Notes: generated by a model from the sequence alone, not told the origin. A stretch of DNA of 64,000 bases from the human T2T-CHM13v2.0 reference genome, Homo sapiens (GCF_009914755.1 NC_060927.1), one strand, 5' to 3'; numbered from the stretch's first letter, positions 44,323 through 58,077 are shown. Numbers and translations are program-made.

Positions 44323-44469
44323 CCAAAGTTGTAATATTAAAAGGAAATATTTTTAAATGCATTTTGAACTTTGATTTTAAATGTTTTTATTCAAGTTAAG
44401 CTATAGTGACATTGTGAAATATGCAGTATTATTTCTTAAGTCTCACTTTTTTATCCTTTTGATGTCTAG

Positions 44470-44538
44470 GATTGGTATTGTGTTTATTGGCAATTCTGAA
44501 GAAACTATGGAGGTTAAAACTCTTGGAAAACTGGAACG
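44470..44538 (+). CDS. ATP11B: ATP11B coding exon (~15), 69 nt, phase 2-2
   Basis: gtctag|...ACG|gtaatt; (R)IGIVFIGNSEETMEVKTLGKLE(R). Confidence 0.94.
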
Positions 44539-44596
44539 GTAATTTTTTTTCATATATTGGAATGTTTTCTGTGTTAAGTGTATATAGTATAGAATA

Positions 44597-45088
<492 letters not shown>

Positions 45089-45774
45089 GCTCTAGAATGA
45101 TGTTAACATTATATTGTATCTCATCATAGTTATAACAATAGTATGCTTTGAATATTTCATCTATATTTTAACTTAATGATTCTTGAATTTACTTGTATGT
45201 TTATTTTTAGATGCTTCTGGGTAGTGAGTTTTATAGGTTCTTCTCACTGAATAAAGAAAACTTTCCTTGTATTTCCTGTGATTTTTATCTTTCAAACATG
45301 AAGGAACAGCTGTCTATATCTAGTTTTTCCATTCTTTGATAAATTAGTTCATGCTTAATATACTTACTCCTTTCATGGTTTTAGCAATTCTGATCATATG
45401 TCAATTCCAGCTGTGCTTTTCCAAACTATGCTTTTCCATACTAGATAGGGCCCATTCTTTGGCTACTTTCATGTGAGAGCCTGTCTAGCTTATTTTATCA
45501 ACTTATAAACCATTATTCAACTCACTGTTTTTCTTGGAGATGTGTAAAGATTTCATATGTAAATCACTGTGTAAGATTCATCTGGAAGACTTTAAGCCAC
45601 ACCTCATGTAGCCACACAAATTCTTTTACAGCTCCCTAGAGAGGCACGAGGGAATGGACCCCCGCACACACACACCCAGGTTCACAGTCACTGCTATAAT
45701 GAGCCTTTGATATTAATGTGTGTTGTGTTTGTCAGGTGTATTAGGACAGAAAAAAGCGTTGAGAATCAGTTACC

Positions 45775-45992
45775 TTTTTTAGTCAGAAAAACATGGAGCT
45801 GGGCAGATCTGGATTCCAGTTCTTGCTCTGCCACTCACAAGCTTACCTGACTTTAGGCAAATTACTTAATCTTTCTGAGGTTAATAGTCCTCATCTATAA
45901 AAATGAGATAAGACCTACTTTCTTGGCCTCTCATGGATATTAAATGACATAAGGTGTGTAAAATACATGGCATTTGGTAATTACTCAATGTC
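45775..45992 (+). mobile_element. MIR
   Basis: gctctgccactcacaagc..ggcaaattacttaatctttctgag..cctcatctataaaaatgagataa. Confidence 0.85.
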
Positions 45993-46173
45993 AGTCTCTT
46001 CTATTTCTTCCCTGTTTTGTTATTAATGGCATGTAACCTATCATCATGAAAATGGTATTAATTCTTGTTCTCAATTAGCCATTTTATCTTATATATGGAT
46101 TATTTCCATATAGTCACTTAATATTATTTTAAAAAAAGTAAAGTTTTTGTCTTTCTTACTTTCTTTTGTTTAG

Positions 46174-46247
46174 GTACAAACTGCTTCATATTCTGGAATT
46201 TGATTCAGATCGTAGGAGAATGAGTGTAATTGTTCAGGCACCTTCAG
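46174..46247 (+). CDS. ATP11B: ATP11B coding exon (~16), 74 nt, phase 2-1
   Basis: gtttag|...CAG|gtaacc; (R)YKLLHILEFDSDRRRMSVIVQAPS(G); EFxSxRxRMSV nucleotide-binding motif. Confidence 0.97.
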
Positions 46248-46323
46248 GTAACCAATCTAAACTTTCATGAATTTTTATTTATGTAATATTAAGAGTCTGA
46301 TAACTCATTTTTTTTGTCTCTAG

Positions 46324-46427
46324 GTGAGAAGTTATTATTTGCTAAAGGAGCTGAGTCATCAATTCTCCCTAAATGTATAGGTGGAGAAATAGAAAAAACC
46401 AGAATTCATGTAGATGAATTTGCTTTG
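46324..46427 (+). CDS. ATP11B: ATP11B coding exon (~17), 104 nt, KGA motif
   Basis: ctctag|...TTG|gtgagt; (G)EKLLFAKGAESSILPKCIGGEIEKTRIHVDEFAL. Confidence 0.97.
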
Positions 46428-46704
46428 GTGAGTGCAAATTTCTATGATTTAAAAAACTCTAAAAGATATATTTATGAAATATTTTGGACTTTATTTCTTA
46501 TAATTTATCAAAAATTGTGGACATTCTGCAGTTGTGTTACACTGTGTGTTGGCTCCACATTCCTTTTGTGAAAACTGACTTTTAACGCAAGCAAAAATAT
46601 ATCTTCTCTTCAAACCTACTCTACAGTCGGGGCATTTCTGGTTACAAGGTCTACTCAAACTATGCTATTTTAGAAGAGTGTTTATTAAACAAACATAGGG
46701 GAAT

Positions 46705-47325
46705 CCTAATGATGTGGAGAAACTGGAACCCTTATACACATATTGCTGGTAAGATTATAAATGGTACAGCCACATTGAAAAATAATTTGGCTAAGTTCCT
46801 CAAAAGGTAAACATTGAGTTACTATATGACACAGCAGTTCTACTCCTGGGTGGACACCCAAGACAGCTGAAAACATGTTCACAAAAAAAACTTATACACG
46901 AAATGTTCATAAGCAGCATTATTTCCAATAGCCACAAAAATGGAAAACCCCAAATGTCCAGCTAACAAGTGGACAGGCAAAATGTGGTATATCCATATAA
47001 TGGAATATCAGTCAGCTGTTAAGAGGAATGAAGTACCAATATATGCTACAACATGGACGAATCTTGAAAAGAGTGTGCTGAGTGAAAGAGGCAGTCAAAA
47101 AAGGCCTTATATTAATACTACATTTATATGAAATATCCAGAATAGGCAAATTCACAGAGAAAGCTCATTAATGATTGCCAGGGGCTGGAGGAAGGGGAAA
47201 AAGGAGAGTCCTCGTGGGAGCAATGAGATATTGTGGATTTAGATAGTGGTGATAATTGCACAACTCTGTGAATATGCGATATAACACTGATTTGTACTGT
47301 TTGAAGAGGTGAATTATATCTCTCA
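46705..47325 (+). mobile_element. L1M (MB/MC/ME) 3' end
   Basis: gatgtggagaaactggaaccct; aaatgtggtatatccatataatggaata. Confidence 0.85.
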
Positions 47326-47787
47326 TTTACAAAATTTAAAAATATAGGGGAATCTTGTTAAAACAAAGAGCCATCATTCATGTAAATGGCAAAATTATTA
47401 TGCAGTTCTCTCTCAGTCTTAGAACTTCATGATCTCTCATTTTTGCATTTCTGTGAATGTGTGCTCCACACTCACCTCTGCTCATCTGCCTTCTTTAACA
47501 GTTTATGATTTTTTTCCCATTATTTGTTTCCTAATTGTTTATGTTCCAGTTTACCCACCACATCGTAACATCTGTGAGAACAAAGACATTGTTCTACCTT
47601 ATCACCATTTTAATATTTAAAATAATGCTGGCACATAGTTTGTGCTCAGTAAGTATTTGTTATAGAATGAATTAATTCATATATTAATAACAGATGGTTT
47701 TTTAACTATTAATTAAAAGAAGCACATTTATAGGTATGGGTCATTTATAAGTCAGGGAATGGCAATATTTAGAAATCTGCTAAATAG

Positions 47788-48058
<271 letters not shown>

Positions 48059-48115
48059 TTATATAGTATTTTTAAGTCTACGCTTTCCAAGTTGTTATTA
48101 GGATATTTATTATGG

Positions 48116-48406
48116 GGCTCAGCACAGTGGCTCATGCCTGTAATCCCAGCACTTTGGGATGCTGAGGCAGTATCACTTGTGGCCAGGAGTTTGAGACCAG
48201 CCTGGGCAATGTAGCAAGACCCCATCTCTACAAAAAAATAAAACATAGCCAAGCGTGGTGGCACATGTCTGTAGACCTAGCTACTCAGGAGGCTGAGGCA
48301 GCAGGATCACTTGAGCCCAGGAGTTCAAGGCTATAGTAAGCCAAGATCACACCACTGCACTCCAGCCTGAGCAACAGAGCAAGACCCTGTCTCTAAAAAT
48401 AAAAAA
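48116..48406 (+). mobile_element. AluJ
   Basis: cacttgagcccaggagttcaaggct. Confidence 0.9.
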
Positions 48407-48870
48407 GAATATTTATTATTGGTTTTCTTGAGGAAAATGCATGTAGCAAGAAAAGGAACTTTTATAAGTCTTTAGATTTAGATATCAACTTTCAGAGATG
48501 AATACTATAAGAAAACTTTGGCCCTAGTAGAACCAGATAATCAATTCTGATTCCAATTCACTGGTGAAGATATATTACTTAAAATCATTTATTTGGTAAA
48601 TCTAAAAAGTATTTTTTATAATGGCCATTTTATTGACTTATTTGAAAGGTAAATTTTGTCATGCAATGAATCTTTAGGAAATTATGGTCTCCTTTGCTTT
48701 AGAAAATTGTACGAAGTAGGTAAAAAATGGAATTGTAAGTTAAAACAGGAAGGTAGAACCTGCAGCTGTCTCTCTCTCTTGACAGTCTTGAAGGTATTAA
48801 GAACTTTCTGGCTTTCCATGTAACACAGTTTAAAAACCACTAATAGGATAGTCTTTATGATCTATTCTAG

Positions 48871-49210
<340 letters not shown>

Positions 49211-49451
49211 TATTTTGAGCAACTTCTTAAGAAAACATCAGAAGTTGAAAGAGGTATATGTGTCCCATAACTCAGATCAGTAGAGCTTTGTGACATTATT
49301 TATTTCCTGTCACTAGGTGATAGTACTTTTTAAATGATTTGTGATTGACTTTTGGTACTAGGTCTTCAGTGTATTTTGATAGTGACTTCTTGATTTTCTG
49401 TTTGTTGTTTGTGTTCAATTTTTGTCTTTAATTTTTATTTGTTTGTTTTAG

Positions 49452-49633
49452 AAAGGGCTAAGAACTCTGTGTATAGCATATAGAAAATTTACATCAAAAG
49501 AGTATGAGGAAATAGATAAACGCATATTTGAAGCCAGGACTGCCTTGCAGCAGCGGGAAGAGAAATTGGCAGCTGTTTTCCAGTTCATAGAGAAAGACCT
49601 GATATTACTTGGAGCCACAGCAGTAGAAGACAG
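49452..49633 (+). CDS. ATP11B: ATP11B coding exon (~18), 182 nt
   Basis: ttttag|...CAG|gtaagt; KGLRTLCIAYRKF...LILLGATAVED(R). Confidence 0.97.
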
Positions 49634-50907
49634 GTAAGTATCAGATAATTAAAAAATATTATTTTTCTCTCATAGGAATTTTTGTAACCAAGTATTCTAA
49701 TATGTGACATAAATTCTCTTTACTAACATCCCATGATATATTTAAGATCAAAGTAGAGAACTAAAGCCTTAATTTTTCCCGGTCAGTATGTACAATTTTT
49801 GTTCTAGCTAGATACCTGAAATGGATGAAAGAAACTAGCTCTCTATAGTTTTTTCTTATAGGCTTGAATCTTTAGAATACTCCTCAGCATGTCATGCAAA
49901 CACTTGAAGCACCTGCTTAATTCTCCAGCCTTCCCTCCTACCACTGTCTCCTTCCGCTTTATGTTTCAACAATACCAAACTGTCTCTGCATGCCACCTGT
50001 AGCTAAAACTATTCTGTTTTGTGCCTATGTTGGCCTTCTGCCTGGGTGATTCTTCCCTTCACCATCCCTCTGTGACTACCTATTCATAAAGTATAGCTTA
50101 GATATTAGCTCCAGTCCAGTAAGACCTTTCCTGACACCTAAGAGGATTAAAAATTCTCTTCTTTGTGAAGTCTCATTGTAGGTAGTTCTGTTGTTGTCTT
50201 TGTGGCACTATATTATAATTATTTGTTTAAAGACTTCTCCTCTGTTAACCTGTGAAATCCTTGAAGTCCATTTATTCTTTGTCTTTGTTCCCAGAACCTA
50301 TCTCAATGTCTGTTTCACAGTTTCTTAAATTTAGCTGAATTCTGAGATTGAATTCTGCAGATTAAGTTTGTTGTTATGTTTGCCTCCACCACCTAGACCT
50401 AAGGGTGTTTGCATATTTTTAAAATCTATGTTTTCATTTACTTTTTGGTTGTCCGTACGAGATTTCTGAGACTCACCTAAAGTTAGCTAGACCTTTATTT
50501 TCTACAGTCTGATTTTTTAACTATATGAGTGGTTTGAGATATTTTTTTAAATCAAAACAAAAGGAGAAAAATCTTCTTGTTTGAAATGTAAGACTTCGTA
50601 ATAAAACAGGAGTTTATGAAGAGCACATAGTTTCATCCTATGAATAGCAACTTTGAAGATACATTCTTAAAATATGAAATTGTAGATTTTAATTGGTTGA
50701 TTTTGTGTTAACCAGACAATCACCAATCTGTTTATTCGTGTTTCCTTCCTAATGAGAGAAAATTCCAGTTATATTGCTATATTGTATAATAACATTCCTA
50801 GGTCAAGTCAAAGAGTTTAGAATTATCCTTAAATATACTATGTAGTTTAACTTAAAATACAGTCATAAAAGTATTCTCTACTACTAATTTGTTTCTGTTC
50901 TTTTCAG

Positions 50908-51111
50908 ACTACAAGATAAAGTTCGAGAAACTATTGAAGCATTGAGAATGGCTGGTATCAAAGTATGGGTACTTACTGGGGATAAACATGAAACAGCTGT
51001 TAGTGTGAGTTTATCATGTGGCCATTTTCATAGAACCATGAACATCCTTGAACTTATAAACCAGAAATCAGACAGCGAGTGTGCTGAACAATTGAGGCAG
51101 CTTGCCAGAAG
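50908..51111 (+). CDS. ATP11B: ATP11B coding exon (~19), 204 nt, TGD motif
   Basis: branch-like tactaat at 50882, tttcag|...AAG|gtaaga; (R)LQDKVRETIEALRMAGIKVWVLTGDKHETA...LRQLAR(R). Confidence 0.97.
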
Positions 51112-51142
51112 GTAAGAATATAGGAACCTGTATCATACCTTT

Positions 51143-52071
51143 CAGGGGTTAGCAAACTATGGTTCCCTGGGCCCGATGATATAGCCCACTGTCACTGCCT
51201 GTTTTTTACAGCCTATCAGCTAAAAGTAGTTTTTACATTTTTTGATAGATGAAATCCAAAGAAGAAGAATATTTCATGAAGTGAAAAGTATATGAAATTC
51301 AAATTCCAGTGTCTATAAAGTTTGATTGGAACACAATCACATTCATTTGTTTACATATTACCAATGAGTGCTTTTACACTACAGCATCAGAATTGAGTAG
51401 TTGCAGCAGAGACTTTACAAAATACTCTCTCTTCAGCTTTACACTGCTGTTTGATACTCTACAAATCACAGTGAGATACATATAATGTGATAGTGTTTGG
51501 AGTGCCATGCATAGCACCATGTTGCGACATTTTACTGTTTTTTATTAGTATATGGCCATCATGTCAAAACAAGAAAAGAAAAGTGGACTTTTAACATTAC
51601 GATTTTTTTTGAAGCACTGTGGATAGGGGATTATTTTATTTTTGAGTTAGATGGCAAAGCATTGTTTATTATGCATTGATATGTTAGCTGTGCTACCTGT
51701 TTGAAAAGACATTTTCAAAGATGAATTATAAATCTCATTACATACAGTTCTATCGTATGGAAATGTAAAAATCTCGTTACAGATGGACATTAACAGATGA
51801 ACATTTGCAATGTTAACTTTGAACCCCAATTAAACAAAGTACTATCCCTTGCCCAAAAGAAGTATTTTCATTCTTCTCATTAGTAAACCTCTCTTATTTA
51901 AAAAATTATACTCAATGATTACTACATTTTTATCTTAGTGAAAATTTTGTTGAGATTTTTTCCTCTCATTCTGTAACTACCTATATCCTCAATTTTGCCT
52001 CTTGGCCCACAAAACCTAAAATTGAAATATTTACTCTCTGGCCCGTAACAGAAAACATTTGCCAACCCCTG
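51143..52071 (+). mobile_element. hAT-Charlie DNA transposon (Cheshire/MER58 family), internally deleted, both TIRs present
   Basis: caggggttagcaaa ... tttgccaacccctg; MER58-type subterminal text; decayed transposase-like start atgtcaaaacaag near 51561. Confidence 0.78.
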
Positions 52072-52509
52072 ATCTAGTTTGCATGACCAAACTGGGAAAT
52101 TAAGCTGCATTTAATTGTTCAAGATTATTTCATAAGAATTTATACTCTAAATTCTGTCTTTTTTGTAAATCTATCTTTTATAGGCATATCAAATTTTTGC
52201 CCTGTATGGGGGCAAATGATGCCCCATTTAACACAGTCTAATTTTTCACAGTAAACTAGGAAGGGCTTCATTTGACCATCAGAGCTGCTTGTATGTAAGC
52301 ATATTAGGTCTCCTGCAGGTTTCTGTTGTTTGCCGTCTTGTGATACTAATCCAGAAAAATAAATACCAAGAGACAAATACCATAGTTGTTAATATACATT
52401 CAGTGTTTTCTATTTATATTTTTTATGCAGGCATTTATGTGATACCAAGTCTGGATTTCATCTTTTTAAAACCTATTTAAGAGATATTTTAAAAAGACCA
52501 TGCAGGGGA

Positions 52510-52836
52510 TTTTTTGTTGTTGTTGTTTTGTTGTTGTTGTTGTTTGTTTGTTTTTTGAGACAGAGTTTCACTCTTGTTGCCCAGGCTGGAGTGCAATGAC
52601 GCACTCGGTTCACCACAACCTCCGCCTTCCGGGTTCAAGTGATTCTCCTGCCTCAGCCTCCTGCGTAGCTGGGATTACAGGCATGCACCACCGTGCCCAG
52701 CTAATTTTGTATTTTTAGTAAAGACAGGGTTTCTCTGCATTGGTCAGGCTGGTCTCGAACACCTGACCTCAGGTGATCTGCCTGCCTTGGCCTCCCAAAG
52801 TGCTGGGATTATAGGTGTGAGCCACCGCACCCGGCC
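52510..52836 (-). mobile_element. AluSp/Sq-like with (TTG)n tail
   Basis: Full reverse-complement Alu; TSD catgcaggg / catataggg. Confidence 0.92.
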
Positions 52837-53060
52837 CATATAGGGTCTTCTTAAAATATCTCTTAAATAGGGTCACACTGGATCTTTGAGTGCAAAAAGA
52901 CAATTAATTTAGGTAATTATACTACAATTTGGGGACAGTGTCAACAACATTGTGGCTATTTAAACGTTTAAATACTGCAATATCATGAACTCCCTAAAAC
53001 ACAGAAATTAATTGCTCAGAATCATTTACTTTATATATGCCTTTTTAAATATTTTTTTCT

Positions 53061-53311
53061 GGCTGGGCACAGTAGCTCATGCCTGTAATCCCAACACCCT
53101 GGGAGGCTGAGGTGGATCGCTTGAGCCCAGGAGTTTGAGATCAGCCTGGTCAATGTAATGAGACCCTGTCCCCACAAGAAATTTAAAAATTATCCAGGTG
53201 TGGGGGTGTGTACCTGTAGTCCCAGTTACTCCGAAAGCTGAGACAAGAGGATCACTTGAGCCCAGAAGTTCAAGGCTACAGTGAACTGTGCTCTTGCCTA
53301 AAAAATAAAAA
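53061..53311 (+). mobile_element. AluJ, 3' partly deleted
   Basis: gcttgagcccaggagtttgag. Confidence 0.88.
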
Positions 53312-53569
53312 TAATTTTAAAAAATATTTTTCTGATTATAAAAATAATAAATGTCTACTTGAAAAATACTGAAAATTGTAAAGCTTATGCAGTGGTTAAT
53401 AACAAAGTCATCAGAAGATTATTATTTGTAATTTAGGCTATTTTCTTTAAGTCTTCTGTATATAGGTGGTTTTAATGAATATGCTAATCATTAGTATTTG
53501 TTTTCTTTTCTGTACAAAAGCTGTATTATAAAACGTAGAGTACACTCTTAAAGTGAATTTTAGGCTTGC

Positions 53570-53955
53570 CGTCTTAGTCTGTTTGTGCTGCTGTAACAAA
53601 ATACCTGAGACTAGGTAATTTATAAAGAACAGAAATTTATTTTTCACAATTCTGGAGGCTGGGAAGTTGAAGATCAAGGCACCAGCAAGTTGTATAGTGA
53701 GGGCTGCTCCCTGTTCCAAAATGGTGCCTTATTGCTGCATCCTTCTGAAGGGAGGATTACTGTGTCCACACATGGTGGAAGGGACGAAAGGCAAGAGAGG
53801 GCAAATCTCTGAAGCCTCTTTTATCAGAGCATTAATCCATTCATGAAGGCAAAGCCATTATGACTTAATCACTTCCGAAAAGGCCCCACTTCATAACAAT
53901 GGGGGTTAACTTTCCACATTAATTTTGGAAGGGATTCGACATTCAAACCATAGCA
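53570..53955 (-). mobile_element. MST-family MaLR solo LTR
   Basis: gtcttagtctgtttgtgctgctgtaacaaaatacctgagactaggtaatttataaagaacag ... attcaaaccatagca. Confidence 0.9.
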
Positions 53956-54432
53956 CTTTCTATGTGAAATTTATGTTATATTTTAGAGGTATCTTTTGAT
54001 GGAATATATTTTATGAGATAACCATAGAAGTCAATAGGCCCATTCATTCACAGACTTTCAGGAAGTATCCTAAATCTTGATAAAAATCTGTCGCACAAAG
54101 AATTTCATGCCTTTGAAAGCTTTAGTATATATATCCATTCCTTCACAAAGATATATTGTCACCTGTCTAGGCATTTGGAACAGAGACATAAGGTGTGTTG
54201 TTTATGCCTTGGATACTTGGTGTAGGGAAAACAGAAAAGTAAATACACTGTCATAGTCCTATCCCTACAGAACTGTATCTGAGGCAAGAACAGAAGCTCT
54301 GGAAGGACAGAAGAGAGAAGCCTAGCCTAGACCAGGGGTACCAGGGAGAGCTCTGAACAACCAATGACTGTGTTGCCTCCTGTGGGGCGAAATGTTCACT
54401 GGACAGAGAGTGACACTAAGAAGCAAACGGGA

Positions 54433-54748
54433 GGCTGGGCACAGTGGCTCATAATCCTGACTTACAGGCACAGTGGCCAATAATCCCAGCACTTTGGGAG
54501 GCCAAGGAAGGCAGATCACTTGAGTCTAGAAGTTCAAGACCAGCCTGGGCAACATAGTGAAACCCCGTCTCTACAAACAATACAAAAATTAGACGTGTGT
54601 GGTGACACATACCTGCAGTCCCAGCGTCTTGGGAGGCTGAGGTGGGAGGATGTATTGAATCAGGGAGGTTAAGGCTGTGGTGAGTTGTGATCACACCACT
54701 GCACTCCAGCCTGGGTGACAGAGTGAGTTGCTGTGTCAGAAAAATAAA
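54433..54748 (+). mobile_element. AluJ with duplicated 5' segment
   Basis: ggcacagtggc..ataatcc occurs twice before cagcactttggg. Confidence 0.87.
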
Positions 54749-56086
54749 GGCAGCAAAGGGGGCAGTGCGTGCAGATTCCCAGAGCTGAGAGAGAGGAGGG
54801 CATATTCAAGGAAATAATTATAAAGTATGGCCAGGGAGTGGTATAGATGGGACAGGGTATGAAGAGTAGTGATGCATGAGGGCTACAGAGATGAGTAAAT
54901 GCTACCTACGTGCCAGAGATGTAGGTGCTTTTCCATATTTCTTAAATATTATCCCATGGATTGTAAGATCATAATGTGATTCATGAAGCCTGTCCAGAGG
55001 AAAACCTAATTTCATGTGCCTTGGGAACTTTTCCTAGGAAAACTGATCTGCTCTGTCCCACTCTTGACTGCTAGCATTTCTGAGGCCTGTTCCTCAGGTA
55101 GTGCTTTGGACAGGCTGAAGACGTTGGAGGCAGCACAAGTTGCCAAATAAAGTTTGGCCAATAGGGAAGAAAAATTGTCTATATAGGTGTTGATTTCAGA
55201 TATTGGAGAGTTAGTAGTAATGAGAAAAATACATTTTATAAAACTTTATGGTATAAAGTGAATTGCTTACCACTTATAGCTACAGTACAACACAACAGTG
55301 ATTAGGCATACTATGAAAGACATTGCTTTAACTTACGAAAGTTTCTTATAAGACTAAAATCTATCAATATATGTTTAGCTTTTATAGTGTGCTCATTTAA
55401 TAGTCTTCTCACTTCTTATTTTTAAGTGGAGGGATAGTTCTCAGCAGAGTCTGATATTCTGTGAACCTTCGGTATTTTCTTGTGGTGTATATAGCACAGT
55501 GCTACACTGAGTACTGGCTTTCAGCAACATAAAGGAGCTTACATCAAAATGTAAATCTAGGTATACTTCCTTCATCAAGAAAGTATTATTACCAAAGGAG
55601 AATTGTGGGGGGAAGCAGTTTAATAAAATAGTGTGCTTAGTGATTTTGTTGATTTACATTCTGGTGTAGGCTCCTTATCTCTTCCTGGCAACAAATAGTT
55701 TGCCCACTTTCCAGCAGTGAGACTGTACTTGGAGTAGCACCTACGTAGCATATGCCCACATGTGAGGTGTTATCCATGTTCTACCATAGTAATATCTGGC
55801 ATTACAATCCATCATCGGTTTCCTATTGCAAGACAGTGCTGTTCCTTCATTCTTTTCCTTGCTTGTTATGCATATCGTGAATCTTGCTCATGGGTTTTCC
55901 TGAACATCTTGATTTCATAGAGTTTTTTTTTAATTAGGATTTGCTGAATGTTTAAATAATGTTTCGATTTTTGTAAGACTTTTCATCTAATTTGGGAGAA
56001 TATCCTCAGATTATGTATTACAATTCACATTTTAGAAAATATAATTACTGTATCTATATATCAGTTCATTGTAAAATTGAATATTA

Positions 56087-56376
56087 GGCTGGGCACAGCG
56101 GCTCACACCTGTAATCCCAGCACTTTGAGAGGCTGAGACAGGCAGATCGCTTGAGGTCAGGAGTTTGAGACCAGCCTGGGCAACATAGTGAAACCCCATC
56201 TCTACTAAAATAACAAAAATTAGCCAATCATAGTGGCTCATGCCTATAGTCCAAGATAGGAAGCTGAAGCAAGAGAATCACTTAAGCCCAGGAGGTCAAG
56301 GCTGCAGTGAGCCACTATACTCCAGCCTGGGTGACAGAGCAAGACCCTGTTTCACAAAAAAGAGAAAGAAAGAAAA
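56087..56376 (+). mobile_element. AluJ-like
   Basis: Dimeric Alu; TSD aaaattgaatatta. Confidence 0.9.
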
Positions 56377-56591
56377 ATTGAATATTATCTGTTTTACTCA
56401 TCAGTGACTCAATTCTGCTTAATTTTAAATTTAAGGTAGTAAAACAGTTTGTTTCCTGACATAACAGTCTTGTAACAGTAAGGGCTGTGGGTAAAAGATC
56501 CATCTTTCAGTAAGAATGTGTTGTTCTATATGAGTGTAAATAATATGGCTTCAAAGTATCTTACAGAGAATATAATTATTTTCTCTTTTAG

Positions 56592-56745
56592 AATTACAGA
56601 GGATCATGTGATTCAGCATGGGCTGGTAGTGGATGGGACCAGCCTATCTCTTGCACTCAGGGAGCATGAAAAACTATTTATGGAAGTTTGCAGAAATTGT
56701 TCAGCTGTATTATGCTGTCGTATGGCTCCACTGCAGAAAGCAAAA
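56592..56745 (+). CDS. ATP11B: ATP11B coding exon (~20), 154 nt
   Basis: ttttag|...AAA|gtatgt; (R)ITEDHVIQHGLVVDGTSL...AVLCCRMAPLQKAK. Confidence 0.97.
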
Positions 56746-57974
56746 GTATGTATATATGTTATAAAAAAGTCCCATAAAGCTATTTAGATATAAACATATT
56801 ATTTAAAGTTAATGCCTTACATAGTTCCATTTGGTGATGTGCAATATATACATTTTGCTAGGAGTCAGTCACATCTCATGTTGTAAATTTTAATCATGTA
56901 CATCAGACTTTTGGAATTCTCAGAGTGAGTTTCAACTATTCATAGTGACCCAGAAAACCTGTGATGAGTAGCAGTTTGTGATCTTGCAGAAATTAAACTG
57001 TGATAACTAATGTTTCGCAAGTTAGCTACTTAGCGAGTGAAGGAGCCTAGGAGACATCAATTATTTGCACCTTCAGATGGTTCTGTTGATCTCCGTTTAT
57101 TCTTGCATTCTCATGAAGTGATAATTCTTTGTTACTTTTAGCTATAAAGTGATAAATAGAGCTTTAGTATAAAAAGTTGAAAAGCCAATTAACTTGTAAA
57201 GCTTATATATAGGAAATATTTAAATTTCAGCTACCTATGTGATTCAAGTGAAAGCCTATATAAACATTTTTTATAATTCTAAATTTGGAATTTGAGATCT
57301 TAGACTATTTTTCACAAATATCCTTTGCAGTGCACATCTAAATACTGATTATTTCCCATATAGGTCTAATAAATTAAACGTCTAAGTTTTTGGGCTTCCT
57401 GGAATTTTGTTACAGTACTGATACTATGACAATTCATGTACCCCAGTCTATGGAGACTAAAACTGGAGACCAAACAGAGCAAATACCCAGGTTCTTTATA
57501 AAAGTACATTCAAGAATTCCAAAGAAATATTTCTTTTGAGTTCATTGAATTTAATCTTGATTGATTTTTTTAAAGTCTTAAAATTTTACTACAAGAGGAA
57601 ACAATTATTTCTTTCATATCAAATGAAAAAATAATTTCTTAAGAAAAAATTTTGCCTAACAGTTCAATTAAGTAGTCATTTTTTACACAATTACTATTAA
57701 ACCTTCTAAATATTTAAGCTATATTTAAAAGATTCTTGTTTCTCATCATAAAATCCAAAGATAATTCTCTGTTTTATTATAACATTTCTGAAAGACATCT
57801 CTAAAATCTTAATGGAGATACCCTCAAAAAAATGAACCTGCATATTATTGTCTAATAAAAAATTAAATATTTCTTTCATTAGTGTTCTTACTATAGTCAT
57901 TTCAGATAAATGACTATATGAATGCAAGAAAATTGAACTTGCGTCATAAATAACCAATTCATTATGTCTTTCAG

Positions 57975-58077
57975 GTAATAAGACTAATAAAAATATCACC
58001 TGAGAAACCTATAACATTGGCTGTTGGTGATGGTGCTAATGACGTAAGCATGATACAAGAAGCCCATGTTGGCATAG
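57975..58077 (+). CDS. ATP11B: ATP11B coding exon (~21), 103 nt, hinge GDGAND
   Basis: tttcag|...TAG|gtgatt; [34 protein letters not shown](G). Confidence 0.97.

Noticed and set aside
55427-55560. Possible poison cassette exon (tttttaag| ... CTAG|gtatac) in unique intronic sequence
   Set aside because: Both sites are weak and such motifs are common in AT-rich introns; cannot be supported without RNA or conservation data
56960-57060. C-box-like GTGATGA as a possible intronic C/D snoRNA (also ATGATGA at 2222)
   Set aside because: No suitably spaced CTGA D box with a terminal stem; at 2222 the C-to-D spacing is too short
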